Shown here: positions 47,801-56,790 of the stretch, piece by piece
Position numbering within the stretch: position 1 is the first letter of the stretch
Layout: each line of letters starts with the position of its first letter
IMG/VR virus record: IMGVR_UViG_3300021168_000019
Span: 26,672-90,671 of that record
Direction: 5' to 3' (one strand)
Source: a virus
Taxonomy: Duplodnaviria > Heunggongvirae > Uroviricota > Caudoviricetes
DNA: 64,000 nt
Notes under the pieces: generated by a model
Told to the model about the DNA's origin: nothing
What the model saw: the letters and a program-made list of their open reading frames with translations, nothing else
Databases searched by the model: none
Made by a program: the position numbers and the translations under genes

Positions 47801-48169
47801 ATGTCTCATAAGAAGCACAACGTTCAAGCTTTCAGTGATTCCGATATCGTTATTCGCGCGGTTGAACCGGAGATTCCTGCCGAGGAACCAACTGAGGAAA
47901 TCAAGGAATCTGCTCCAACAGTTGATGGGTACGTGTTTGCTACCAAGCCCATCCCTACGACTGGCCGCAAGGAAAGGCTTAACTATCCGATTGGTAAACT
48001 GGAAGCTGGCAGCACTGTTAGCTTTCTGGTCCCTGCTGCTCCTGACAAGGTGAAGCAAGTCACGGTAAGCATTCGCCAGTATGCTTACAGGCATGAGTTT
48101 AACGTGGTACTTCGCGCGGAAGAGGGTGGTGTTCGCGTGTGGAGAGCCAAGGAAAAGCCGATAGTTTAA
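47801..48169 (+). CDS. hypothetical protein
   Basis: start MSHKKHN after GAAAGG. Confidence 0.35.
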   Translation: MSHKKHNVQAFSDSDIVIRAVEPEIPAEEPTEEIKESAPTVDGYVFATKPIPTTGRKERLNYPIGKLEAGSTVSFLVPAAPDKVKQVTVSIRQYAYRHEFNVVLRAEEGGVRVWRAKEKPIV

Positions 48170-48355
48170 CACGACGTATGGCCGACAAAGCCTACGAGAA
48201 GCACAAGACGTGGCCGGAGTGCTCGAAAGCTGAAGCCCGATGTTTATCGTAAACGCTACACTGTAGCATAACCGGTCCCAATACGTAATTGGGTGGTGGG
48301 CTGTAGCAATCCCGCGTTGCCAGTCGCGTAATACTGGCATGATCTAAGGAGAGAT

Positions 48356-48766
48356 ATGGAAAACGTTTATGGATTCACAACCGTCCCTAGTGACGAATAC
48401 TTTGACCGGGTGCTTGCTGAGGCAACTCCTGAAACCAATTTTGTAATTTCAACTGAGCGCAACACTGTAACCGGTGACGGTAGTGACACAATCGTGCTCC
48501 ATGTCCGCAAGCGTATATTCATTCTGGCCTTGGCTATCCCTGATGATACGCTTGTTGGTACTCCGCTGGCCGATTTGCTGGATGCAGCGGCAGAGGATTT
48601 CATCCAGAGTGACCGCGATGCGTCTGAGGAGGGTAACGACTGGGCGCAAGCTATCATTGTTACTAATGATGTGGAGCGTTCTCTGGAGTCTCTTCGCCAT
48701 GAGATTCGGCGCATTGACAACGTGCTGAATGGCCGTGTGGTTCGTGTCACGGTAGAAAGTTACTAA
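48356..48766 (+). CDS. hypothetical protein
   Basis: 136 aa; AAGGAGAG RBS. Confidence 0.4.
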   Translation: MENVYGFTTVPSDEYFDRVLAEATPETNFVISTERNTVTGDGSDTIVLHVRKRIFILALAIPDDTLVGTPLADLLDAAAEDFIQSDRDASEEGNDWAQAIIVTNDVERSLESLRHEIRRIDNVLNGRVVRVTVESY

Positions 48767-48770
48767 ACTT

Positions 48771-48846
48771 GCATACGTGGTATAATGGTCATTATCTCTG
48801 CCTCTTAAGCAGAAGGATGTTCGTTCAAATCGAGCCGTATGCACCA
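48771..48846 (+). tRNA. tRNA-Lys(CTT)
   Basis: perfect acceptor GCATACG/CGTATGC, anticodon stem TCTGC/GCAGA loop CTCTTAA, T-arm GTTCG-TTCAAAT-CGAGC, ACCA. Confidence 0.75.
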
Positions 48847-48847
48847 T

Positions 48848-48923
48848 GCACGTTTCGTATAGTGGCTATTATACCGGGCTTTTAACCCGATTGACGTTGG
48901 TTCGAATCCAGCAACGTGCACCA
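48848..48923 (+). tRNA. tRNA-Lys(TTT)-like
   Basis: acceptor GCACGTT/AACGTGC, D GTAT/ATAC, anticodon loop CTTTTAA, T-arm GTTGG-TTCGAAT-CCAGC, ACCA; D/anticodon junction 1 nt short. Confidence 0.6.
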
Positions 48924-48933
48924 AAGGAGAATT

Positions 48934-49164
48934 ATGAAATACCTTATTGCAGGATTAGCGCTTGTTTTGGGAATAATCGTATTAGTTGTAGTCATTGGAC
49001 TACTTCTAGCATTCCCCGTGATGTGGCTTGTAAACTTTCTGTTTGCACCTAGCGCGTTGCTTGTAGTCTTTGGCACTGTCAAGCTTGGCTTTTGGCAGGC
49101 ATACGGGTTGTTGGTACTTGCAGGATTGTTGTTCAAAAGTTCCAGCACAACTGGTAGCAAGTAA
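48934..49164 (+). CDS. small membrane protein (2 TM)
   Basis: start MKYLIAG after AAAGGAGAA; hydrophobic helices. Confidence 0.4.
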   Translation: MKYLIAGLALVLGIIVLVVVIGLLLAFPVMWLVNFLFAPSALLVVFGTVKLGFWQAYGLLVLAGLLFKSSSTTGSK

Positions 49165-49173
49165 CCCCCTATC

Positions 49174-49250
49174 CCCCGGTTAGCTCAACCGGCTAGAGCG
49201 TTCGCTTGATAAGCGAGAGGTTGGTGGTTCAAACCCATCACTGGGGACCA
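49174..49250 (+). tRNA. tRNA-Ile(GAT)
   Basis: acceptor CCCCGGT/ACTGGGG, D GCTC-AACCGGCTA-GAGC, anticodon stem TTCGC/GCGAG loop TTGATAA, T-arm GGTGG-TTCAAAC-CCATC, ACCA. Confidence 0.75.
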
Positions 49251-49259
49251 AAGGAAACT

Positions 49260-49781
49260 ATGCAGCATTTAACTCAAGACGAAATAAAGCAACTGCTCCG
49301 ACAGGTACAGAAGCCGCGCCAAAGGTTGATGCTTAAGGTTGGATTCTTGCATGGACTGCGCGTGTCGGAGCTAATCGGACTGACTAAAGAGGACATCCGT
49401 GACGGCTATGTGAAGTGTCAAAGGCTGAAAGGGTCACTTAAGACCATACAGCCATACGTATCGAGTACGGACCCGGAGCTAGACGAAGCAACCGAACTGA
49501 AAGCGTTATTTGGTACTCTCAAGAGCGGTGAGCGGTTGTTTCCTATGACCCGTTTTGGAGTCTACAAGCTGATGGAACGGGCCGGAGAAAAAGCTGGCCT
49601 ACCTAAGCACAAGGTTCACCCGCACGTCTTAAAGCATTCTTGCGCGATGGCTACAATCAAGGTAGCAGGAATCGAAATGGTACGGCAGTATTTGGGCCAC
49701 AAGACAATCAGTTCAACCGGAGAGTACTTGCGCGAATCTGATGAGACGGCGAGTAAAGCAGTAGCAGGCGCGTTCTCTTGA
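49260..49781 (+). CDS. minimal tyrosine recombinase (catalytic domain only; integrase or invertase)
   Basis: 173 aa from MQHLTQDE after AAGGAA; box I GLRVSELIGL, box II HPHVLKHSCAMATI (K where the HxxR Arg is expected), LGHKTISSTGEYLR with Tyr. Confidence 0.6.
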   Translation: MQHLTQDEIKQLLRQVQKPRQRLMLKVGFLHGLRVSELIGLTKEDIRDGYVKCQRLKGSLKTIQPYVSSTDPELDEATELKALFGTLKSGERLFPMTRFGVYKLMERAGEKAGLPKHKVHPHVLKHSCAMATIKVAGIEMVRQYLGHKTISSTGEYLRESDETASKAVAGAFS

Positions 49782-49806
49782 CATTCAAAACTGACCGTGG
49801 TACTAT
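49778..49806 (+). promoter_or_regulatory. sigma70-like promoter with extended -10
   Basis: TTGACA -17- TGG-TACTAT. Confidence 0.55.
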
Positions 49807-49814
49807 GGAGGAAT

Positions 49815-50210
49815 ATGACAAAGCTGACGAAGAAATCATCGCACAAGCGCATCATCGCTACATGGCTGGAAGCGCTTAGAAGTGGTGAGTACAAGCAAAC
49901 GAAGGGAGCACTCCACACAAAGAAAGGCAAGAAAGAGGGATTCTGTTGCCTTGGAGTACTCTGTGACTTGGCCGTTAAAGCCAAGGTTATCCCTGAGCCG
50001 TTAACTCTCGAAATAGGTGGGATACAGGAATTTAGATATGAAGGTTACAGTGGTAACCTTCCTGAAGAGGTAATGAAATGGGCAGGACTTGAAGATAGTA
50101 GCGGCAGTTACGAGGGCGATAGTCTCGCTGACCTAAACGACAATGGTAAGAAGTTTACAACTATTGCCAAGATTATCGAGTCCCGGCCTGAAGGGTTGTT
50201 TAGGGAGTAA
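49815..50210 (+). CDS. hypothetical protein, tandem paralog A (CCLGVLCDLAVKA motif)
   Basis: GGAGGAA RBS. Confidence 0.4.
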   Translation: MTKLTKKSSHKRIIATWLEALRSGEYKQTKGALHTKKGKKEGFCCLGVLCDLAVKAKVIPEPLTLEIGGIQEFRYEGYSGNLPEEVMKWAGLEDSSGSYEGDSLADLNDNGKKFTTIAKIIESRPEGLFRE

Positions 50211-50212
50211 CA

Positions 50213-50629
50213 ATGGAACTGACTAAAGCAACCAAGGCTTCCGATGTGCGAAAGGCATGGACGGAAGCCTTGGATAGTGGGAACTACAAGCAGGGTACTA
50301 TCTTTCTTAGGCAGTCTGGTACATTCGGCGAAGAGTTTTGCTGCTTCGGCGTACTATGTGACCTAGCTGTCAAGGCGGGTGTAATTCCTGAACCGTTAAC
50401 TGTTGCTTCAGACGATGCCGACGCGCCTAGTTTTACCAAGACGGCGTATCAGTACGGGCCGGGGCGAACACAAAACTTTCACCTTCCCGACCCCGTAAAA
50501 GAATGGGCTGGATTTGGTACTGAACGCGGTCAATTCTTTGTAGCTGATTTGGAAGAACTAAACGATACTGGCAAATCGTTTAAGCAAATTGCCAAGATAA
50601 TTTCTGAGGAGAGGGAAGCGTTCGAGTAA
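50213..50629 (+). CDS. hypothetical protein, tandem paralog B
   Basis: WTEALDSGNYKQG...FCCFGVLCDLAVKAGVIPEPLT colinear with preceding gene product. Confidence 0.4.
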   Translation: MELTKATKASDVRKAWTEALDSGNYKQGTIFLRQSGTFGEEFCCFGVLCDLAVKAGVIPEPLTVASDDADAPSFTKTAYQYGPGRTQNFHLPDPVKEWAGFGTERGQFFVADLEELNDTGKSFKQIAKIISEEREAFE

Positions 50630-50636
50630 GGAGCGA

Positions 50637-51047
50637 ATGCTTAAAAGAATAGCACTACTGGTACTCATGGGGGCAAGTTTACTACATGCTGCCCCCATCA
50701 AGGCGTCATTCTATGCAAACTTCTTTGAAGGGCGCAAGATGGCAAATGGTAGTATCTATCATGCAAGGACTATTACAGCGGCAAGTCTCACGTATCCGTT
50801 GAATAGTATTGTGAATGTAGTAAACCTTGAAACGGGTAAGGTACTTCACGTCCGCATTACTGACCGTGGGCCGTACTCGCACAAGTACAGTTTGGACCTT
50901 AGCATTGCAGCAGCAAGAGCGTTAGGGATTACTCGACGCGCCGGGTGGGGATGGGTCGAAGTGATGCGCGATGACATCCTCACCCAACCGGACAACTCAT
51001 TGGAAGGATTGGAGATACCACTTGAACCTGTTCTGGACTTTGAATGA
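50637..51047 (+). CDS. secreted RlpA-like double-psi beta-barrel protein
   Basis: signal peptide MLKRIALLVLMGASLLHA; HVRITDRGPY...DLSIAAARALG. Confidence 0.55.
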   Translation: MLKRIALLVLMGASLLHAAPIKASFYANFFEGRKMANGSIYHARTITAASLTYPLNSIVNVVNLETGKVLHVRITDRGPYSHKYSLDLSIAAARALGITRRAGWGWVEVMRDDILTQPDNSLEGLEIPLEPVLDFE

Positions 51048-51075
51048 TGAATGGCATTCACGGCGGTTAGTCCTC

Positions 51076-51104
51076 TTGACAGCCGCCATCTTTTGTGCTA
51101 TAAT
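51076..51104 (+). promoter_or_regulatory. sigma70 consensus promoter with extended -10 (leaderless transcript likely)
   Basis: TTGACA -17- TGcTATAAT; ATG 51111 is ~7 nt after -10. Confidence 0.55.
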
Positions 51105-51110
51105 GATCCT

Positions 51111-51383
51111 ATGAAGAATAAAAAAAGCATCAAGCCATTCCGTAAGCCGGTCCTAGCAGTATCTACCGCAGCATTCACTCATTTAACCGAGTCCAATGCG
51201 CTCCGAGGAGGAGAGGGCGCTTTCAAGATTCGGGTACCGATTTACAACAATCCGTATAATGACAATCCCCTGAAGTCTGCGTGGATTCGTGGATACAAAC
51301 GGGCAGAGCGGCAGTTCTTCGAAAGCGTAAAGAATTCTCAACGCGTCCAAGCAACTATTGGATTTGAGGAAGTAGAAGCATAA
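51111..51383 (+). CDS. hypothetical basic protein
   Basis: start MKNKKSIKPF at predicted transcription start. Confidence 0.35.
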   Translation: MKNKKSIKPFRKPVLAVSTAAFTHLTESNALRGGEGAFKIRVPIYNNPYNDNPLKSAWIRGYKRAERQFFESVKNSQRVQATIGFEEVEA

Positions 51384-51390
51384 GGAAAAA

Positions 51391-51615
51391 GTGAAGAAGA
51401 AACTGGCAGTTAAGGAACCCGTGCGGTACTTACCATTGCCTACTGGAGTCACTGTAGGGGGACTGGTACGGTACTACGATGAAGGGTGGCGCACTGGTTA
51501 CCTTATGGAGACAGACAAGAACGAAGCAGGCATTCGTCCTTGTGGGCCGATTAGAAAACGCCTGACATGGGTCAACATTAGTGACCTAGAAGCATTAACA
51601 AAAGGAGAAAAATGA
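51391..51615 (+). CDS. hypothetical small protein
   Basis: 74 aa. Confidence 0.3.
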   Translation: MKKKLAVKEPVRYLPLPTGVTVGGLVRYYDEGWRTGYLMETDKNEAGIRPCGPIRKRLTWVNISDLEALTKGEK

Positions 51616-51851
51616 AGAACCTTTTTGCAAAACTTAGCATCGTAGCTATTCTCATGTTCGCAGCTATGACCGCTAGCGGTAGTCCCGGTGCAACCGTTCC
51701 GTGTCCAACGATGCCAACGTTTGCTCCAGTATTTTCAACCACGCTCAACTCACAACTCTGTATGCCGATTCCTGATGGCTACGGTGGCTATTGGTGGTGC
51801 TGCTTCGGTAGTAGCTGCCTGAAGGCTTACCGCTACAACAAAGTATTCTAA
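51612..51851 (+). CDS. small secreted Cys-rich protein
   Basis: signal peptide MKNLFAKLSIVAILMFAAMTASG; 6 Cys. Confidence 0.4.
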   Translation: MKNLFAKLSIVAILMFAAMTASGSPGATVPCPTMPTFAPVFSTTLNSQLCMPIPDGYGGYWWCCFGSSCLKAYRYNKVF

Positions 51852-51895
51852 TCCGGGGCAGGACTGCCCCAACCCCTTTACTAACTGGAGAAAGA

Positions 51896-52369
51896 ATGAA
51901 GATTTTCAATTGCATTATGACGTTTGTGTTAGCTCTTGGCATGGTGGCAACTGCCGCCGCGCAAACCGTGACGTTCACTACCCAAGTTCCTACATCGTGT
52001 GGAGTCCTGCAATACACCATCGGTGCAGCGGACTCTCAGTATGTTTCCTGCAACCAACGGGTATTGACAGACAAAGGTTCGGTAGGGTATAATCCGATTT
52101 GGGGTCAGAGATTGAATCCTCCTTACGCCGGATACAACCTTGTTACTTTGCCCGGTTATGGGAGTGCAAAGGTGACATCATTTGTCCGTACCGATACGCA
52201 TACTCAGGTTAATGGCCGAGAAGTCTACCTAGACACTCTGACATTCATCGCTTTGGACGGTAGTTACTTTGGGTCCGCATCGGTCTTTACGGATGTATGG
52301 TGGTTCAATCCTAACAAGAAGCAATGGGATGTACTGCCCGGAAGTGTGTTTCACATTACATTAGGATGA
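51896..52369 (+). CDS. secreted protein
   Basis: signal peptide MKIFNCIMTFVLALGMVATAAAQ; GGAG RBS. Confidence 0.4.
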   Translation: MKIFNCIMTFVLALGMVATAAAQTVTFTTQVPTSCGVLQYTIGAADSQYVSCNQRVLTDKGSVGYNPIWGQRLNPPYAGYNLVTLPGYGSAKVTSFVRTDTHTQVNGREVYLDTLTFIALDGSYFGSASVFTDVWWFNPNKKQWDVLPGSVFHITLG

Positions 52370-52381
52370 CCTAGGGTAAGG

Positions 52382-53527
52382 GTGGGTCAAGGGGGTGGGA
52401 AACTGCCCCCCATTTTTAAGGAAGAAATGGACAACGAGTTAGATCAGTTTATAAAGAAGTTCGGAAAGTTTACTGAGAGCTATTGGTTTTATGATAAGAC
52501 CATTGAGTTAAGGTATGACCCAAAGGATCACGTATACCTGTTAGTTACCCCTGACGGCCTAGAAGTTCAAGATGGCGTGACGACGATCTGCCACATCATG
52601 GACAAGAGCAACATCCTCATTCCGTGGGGGTGTAAAATGATGGGGCAGAAGCTTAAAGCTAGTCTTGAGCCGCATCTTGAACCTGATAGAGTAAATGGTA
52701 CTAGTAATGAATACATCATTTATGAGAGTGACTTTGACGAACTGCTAAGACTATCAAAGTCTGCCCACAAAGATAAGCTAGAAGACGCCGGAGAGGTAGG
52801 ACACAAGGCGCACGATTGGATCGAAACGCACATTAAGAGTTGCATCGCTCATAAAGATGACGATACAACTTACGCTATAGATGTTCCAAGAGGAGACGAG
52901 CGGGTAACAAACTGTACCGTTGCATCCCTTCACTGGATGGCGAACCACAACGTTAGGTGGCTTGGTACTGAGCGTAAAGTATACAGTAGAACGTTTAAAT
53001 ATGCTGGTACTATGGATGGACTGGCGTTCGTTGACTCATGTAACGATCCGAAGTGTTGCCGACAGCCGTTCAAGGATCACCTAGCTATCATTGACTGGAA
53101 GACTAGTAACTACCTGTACGTGGAATACCTGCTACAAACCGCCGCATACAAGCAAGCTTACCAAGAGGAAACTGGTGGAAGTATTGAGGACATCTTCATT
53201 ATCAGACTTGGTAAAGAAGATGGAGAGTTTGAGGCTTGGCACGTAGAGCAAGATTTATCTGAAGCCGCATGGAGCGCTTTTGTACGGGCGTTAGAATTAA
53301 GCCGATCAATGGTTGAAGTCAACCGATTAGTAGACGAAGCCAAGGACGAACGTAAAGCGATCAAGAAAGCTGAAAAGAAAGCGGAGAAAGAAGCACAGCT
53401 AGCAATCAAATGTGCATACGCTGATAAGTACAAGGGAGTGCGTTCTCCTACTTGTAACAACGGGAAACCATGTGTTTCCTGTTTAAATAAATACCAAGAA
53501 GTTCAACTTGGTAAGGAAACAAAGTGA
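52382..53527 (+). CDS. PD-(D/E)XK nuclease (RecB/Cas4-like exonuclease)
   Basis: GLAFVD, IIDWKTS (D/ExK), QTAAYKQAY (QxxxY), Cys cluster CNDPKCC. Confidence 0.55.
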   Translation: MGQGGGKLPPIFKEEMDNELDQFIKKFGKFTESYWFYDKTIELRYDPKDHVYLLVTPDGLEVQDGVTTICHIMDKSNILIPWGCKMMGQKLKASLEPHLEPDRVNGTSNEYIIYESDFDELLRLSKSAHKDKLEDAGEVGHKAHDWIETHIKSCIAHKDDDTTYAIDVPRGDERVTNCTVASLHWMANHNVRWLGTERKVYSRTFKYAGTMDGLAFVDSCNDPKCCRQPFKDHLAIIDWKTSNYLYVEYLLQTAAYKQAYQEETGGSIEDIFIIRLGKEDGEFEAWHVEQDLSEAAWSAFVRALELSRSMVEVNRLVDEAKDERKAIKKAEKKAEKEAQLAIKCAYADKYKGVRSPTCNNGKPCVSCLNKYQEVQLGKETK

Positions 53528-54075
53528 AAATTGATTTAATTGGTTGTAAATTTGGAAGATTTGTGGTACAATATGAGGTAGAAAGGGCTAATAAGCACAG
53601 AAGATGGCATTGTCTCTGTGAATGCGGGACTGAAAAAGATGTATTACAGAGCAGTCTCATTACCGGACGAACACAAAGCTGCGGATGTTTAGGAGCAGAG
53701 AGAAGCCGCAAAAGGATGCAACTAAGGCACGATAGTGGTCAGTCAAGGAAGGTAAATTCTGGCCGCAATGATTTTCTTCGAAGCTATAAGCAGAATGCTA
53801 AAGTTAGAAATTTGAACTTCGATTTAACAGATTCTCAATTTGATGTTCTAATTACTGGGAATTGTGTTTACTGCGGTGAGCCACCTTCGGAACGTATAGC
53901 AAGTAACAATGTTATAATTGTAAATGGAATTGACAGATTGAATTCTACTAAAGGTTATACAACTGATAATTGTGCATCATGTTGTAAGTATTGTAATCTC
54001 ATGAAGTTAGAGATGAGTCCCAAAGAATTCGTGGATCACTGCACAAAAGTATATAGGAGACAGAGCATAGTATGA
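53524..54075 (+). CDS. HNH endonuclease
   Basis: 183 aa; CVYCGEPP...NGIDRLNSTKGYTTDNCASCCKYCN. Confidence 0.6.
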   Translation: MKIDLIGCKFGRFVVQYEVERANKHRRWHCLCECGTEKDVLQSSLITGRTQSCGCLGAERSRKRMQLRHDSGQSRKVNSGRNDFLRSYKQNAKVRNLNFDLTDSQFDVLITGNCVYCGEPPSERIASNNVIIVNGIDRLNSTKGYTTDNCASCCKYCNLMKLEMSPKEFVDHCTKVYRRQSIV

Positions 54076-54926
54076 GCACAGCACTTACAGTATTAAACAA
54101 CAACTCGATTCAAGAGGGTGGACTTGGGATCGATTTTAGCAGCAAGTTTCTACAAGCTAAACCGGCTAACCTCATCATCGTGCAGCCAAATAACCAAACC
54201 GAAGGAGCCATTAAGGGTAACCTACGTATCAATGAGACGGGCGATCAGTACGAGGAAATGTGGGCCACGTTCCTAGCTCTGCCCACTGAGCAGCGCCAGT
54301 ATCACATCGGTGACCCCGGCGAACTAAACCGCACTCCTGAAAACCTGATGTGCTTCAGTAGTGATATGGTACAGCCACACGCTAAGGCACGTCAACCACA
54401 AGCTATCAACTGCGCGAACTGCCCCCGACAGGACTGGGGTCCGTGGCGTGAGTACAAGGAGAAGAATGACGGCAGAACGAGCAAGGCCCTTATTCCCCCT
54501 TGTGACGCGCATTACAGGGCATTGCTGATTGACGACAAGTACAAGCTACCCTTGAGTATGTACCTCCGCTCTAAGGCTAAGGAGCCGTTTGAGCAGGGCA
54601 TGGAGAACTTCACCCGCGTTCTGCTAAAGGCTCAGGCAGAAGGACATCGGCCAAATATCTTTGACATCAAGTTCCGTATCCGTACCAAGCTTGTAGTTCA
54701 AGGAAAGTTTCAATTCTATGTACCAGTTTTTGACAGTTTCAAGTTTATCGAGCCGGAAGAAAGAGAGCAATTTGGTGCAGTCTATTTGAACTATGTTGCA
54801 TCTAAACAGAGGAAGGAACAAGATGCCGCTGTAGCCGCCGCTGAGGCCGAAGTCTCTACCTCACAGGCGTCAGTTGACAATTCGGTCACAGAGGGTGAAT
54901 ATGTAGATGGGGACATCATAATCTAG
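54072..54926 (+). CDS. hypothetical protein (possible recombination partner of upstream exonuclease)
   Basis: 284 aa; CANCPRQDW...CDAHY; position only. Confidence 0.3.
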   Translation: MSTALTVLNNNSIQEGGLGIDFSSKFLQAKPANLIIVQPNNQTEGAIKGNLRINETGDQYEEMWATFLALPTEQRQYHIGDPGELNRTPENLMCFSSDMVQPHAKARQPQAINCANCPRQDWGPWREYKEKNDGRTSKALIPPCDAHYRALLIDDKYKLPLSMYLRSKAKEPFEQGMENFTRVLLKAQAEGHRPNIFDIKFRIRTKLVVQGKFQFYVPVFDSFKFIEPEEREQFGAVYLNYVASKQRKEQDAAVAAAEAEVSTSQASVDNSVTEGEYVDGDIII

Positions 54927-54934
54927 GAGGAAAC

Positions 54935-55198
54935 ATGGCAAAGACGACTAAGACGATGAAGACGGCCACGGGAGTTAGACTTTTCGTGGCAGAACCGGAA
55001 ACCGATAGGACTTGGAAAATTGCTCTTGAACAGGATTCCGAGGGCGTAACAGTGAAAGCCGTTAGTAGCGGTGACAACTGGTATCTCTTGAAGCTGAAGA
55101 ACGATGGTACACTTTACCGTCATACCTATATCGATAAGGAATCTGGATTCAACCTTGACTCACAAGGACGTATTACTGAATCGGAAGAGGAGTATTGA
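54935..55198 (+). CDS. hypothetical small protein
   Basis: 87 aa; GGAGGAAAC RBS. Confidence 0.35.
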   Translation: MAKTTKTMKTATGVRLFVAEPETDRTWKIALEQDSEGVTVKAVSSGDNWYLLKLKNDGTLYRHTYIDKESGFNLDSQGRITESEEEY

Positions 55199-55572
55199 TG
55201 CACACACTACTGCTTGGACTCGTACTGGCTATCGGCATGGGGGATAAGGTTCCCCCGGCACCAACCGTCACTGTTGTACCCACCACCTTTTCTACTGCAT
55301 ACTTTGAAGAAGTTGACAAGGCCAACACAATCTTCGATAAGTATATGAAAACTAGTTGCAGGGATGCCGGTTACGCCGAGGTTGACAGCGCCATGAAAAA
55401 CGAGTATTATACTCTTAAGGGCATGGCAAAGACGATTCAGACGAACGAGCCGGATGAAATTAAGCAGGACCATGAGTTTGAAACGTTTGTGGGATTGCAG
55501 GTTCTTCTGAAGTCCTCAGTTGATGACCATCAAAAGTGTGAAGCAGAACTGGAACATAGTCCTACTACATAG
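55195..55572 (+). CDS. hypothetical protein with N-terminal hydrophobic segment
   Basis: 125 aa. Confidence 0.3.
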   Translation: MMHTLLLGLVLAIGMGDKVPPAPTVTVVPTTFSTAYFEEVDKANTIFDKYMKTSCRDAGYAEVDSAMKNEYYTLKGMAKTIQTNEPDEIKQDHEFETFVGLQVLLKSSVDDHQKCEAELEHSPTT

Positions 55573-55580
55573 GAGATACG

Positions 55581-56597
55581 ATGAAATTGTCAGAGTACAT
55601 CGATACCGCGAAGTTACAGCGACATGTTAGCAATGGGCTAGTAACTGCTCGTAGGCACAATACCCTCCCCCTGACTATTTACTGCTACGGCAAGACGGCA
55701 GTCTTTAATCGCGTTTGGGATGATGTGACTACTAAGACTCGTGGATTAATTGTCGATGACTCTGGCGAAATCATTGCCCGTCCTTATGAGAAGTTCTTTT
55801 CTATCGACCAACTGCCGACTCTTGTAGATGTACATGAGATTGATACTCAGTTTGGACCGCCAGTTATCACCGAGAAGGTTAACGGATGTCTTGGAATCTT
55901 CTGGAAGTATGGAATCCATTGGGGCATTGCATCCAAAGGTTCGTTCCATTCACCGCACGCAGAGTTTGCTACGAAGTGGATGGAGCAGCATATTGAAGAG
56001 CATGGGCCGCTTGTATTTCCTGAAGGTTACACGCCAGTCTTTGAAATAGTTTGCCAAGAAGTACAGCCTCATGTTATCAAGTACGCGAAAGATGGCTTAG
56101 TTCTGCTGTCGTTTGTGAAGGTTGAAACTGGCGAAGAGGGTGACCGGGCTGAGGTTGTAAACTACTACGGTAATCTTAACAGTTTGGACAGAGCTTTTAG
56201 CTTTAATGGTACGCTAGACGAAGCTTTGAGTATGGACCGTGAGCATTATGAGGGACTGGTTGCAACGTATAACATCCCCGGACAGGCACCGTTCAAGTTG
56301 AAGATTAAGTTTCCTACATTCCTTAAGAACCGCAAGGCATTCTACGAGGAGCAGCGTTTGAAGGGCAATGACGGCGGCAAGGAAGCGTACAACCGCATTC
56401 ATAGTAAGGCCGCTGAGATAGTCAAGGAAGCACTGATAGTCTGTACCGAGCAAAAGGAATTCGCAATGTTCTTTCAGAAGCCGGAGAACGTATTCTATGC
56501 GCCAGCCTGCTTCGCTATGTTGAACTACGACGAAGACAAAGAGCGCCAGAAGAGAGCAATCTGGCGACTGGTCGATAAGGAGAAGAATGCCAGTTAA
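55581..56597 (+). CDS. Rnl1-family (T4 RNA ligase 1-like) RNA ligase
   Basis: TRGLIVDDSGEIIARPYEKFFSIDQ matches Rnl1 RGIMFE..GE.PVRIASRPMEKFFNLNE from memory; motif I ITEKVNG (KxNG). Confidence 0.55.
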   Translation: MKLSEYIDTAKLQRHVSNGLVTARRHNTLPLTIYCYGKTAVFNRVWDDVTTKTRGLIVDDSGEIIARPYEKFFSIDQLPTLVDVHEIDTQFGPPVITEKVNGCLGIFWKYGIHWGIASKGSFHSPHAEFATKWMEQHIEEHGPLVFPEGYTPVFEIVCQEVQPHVIKYAKDGLVLLSFVKVETGEEGDRAEVVNYYGNLNSLDRAFSFNGTLDEALSMDREHYEGLVATYNIPGQAPFKLKIKFPTFLKNRKAFYEEQRLKGNDGGKEAYNRIHSKAAEIVKEALIVCTEQKEFAMFFQKPENVFYAPACFAMLNYDEDKERQKRAIWRLVDKEKNAS

Positions 56598-56790
56598 ATA
56601 TCAAGTAGGTGATGTAGTAATGGTCAGTTCTATAGTCGTTCCTGACTACAGAGAAGCCTGTAAAGTACTCGCCGTAACTGAGAACTTTGAGGCTCTTAAA
56701 CTTCGCACTGTAAAATGGCATTTTCCATTTGGATTTACAACTTTCTGGATGGATAATAACTCTTTCTACATTAAAGGAAAAGTATGCTGA
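56587..56790 (+). CDS. hypothetical small protein
   Basis: 67 aa. Confidence 0.3.
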   Translation: MPVKYQVGDVVMVSSIVVPDYREACKVLAVTENFEALKLRTVKWHFPFGFTTFWMDNNSFYIKGKVC

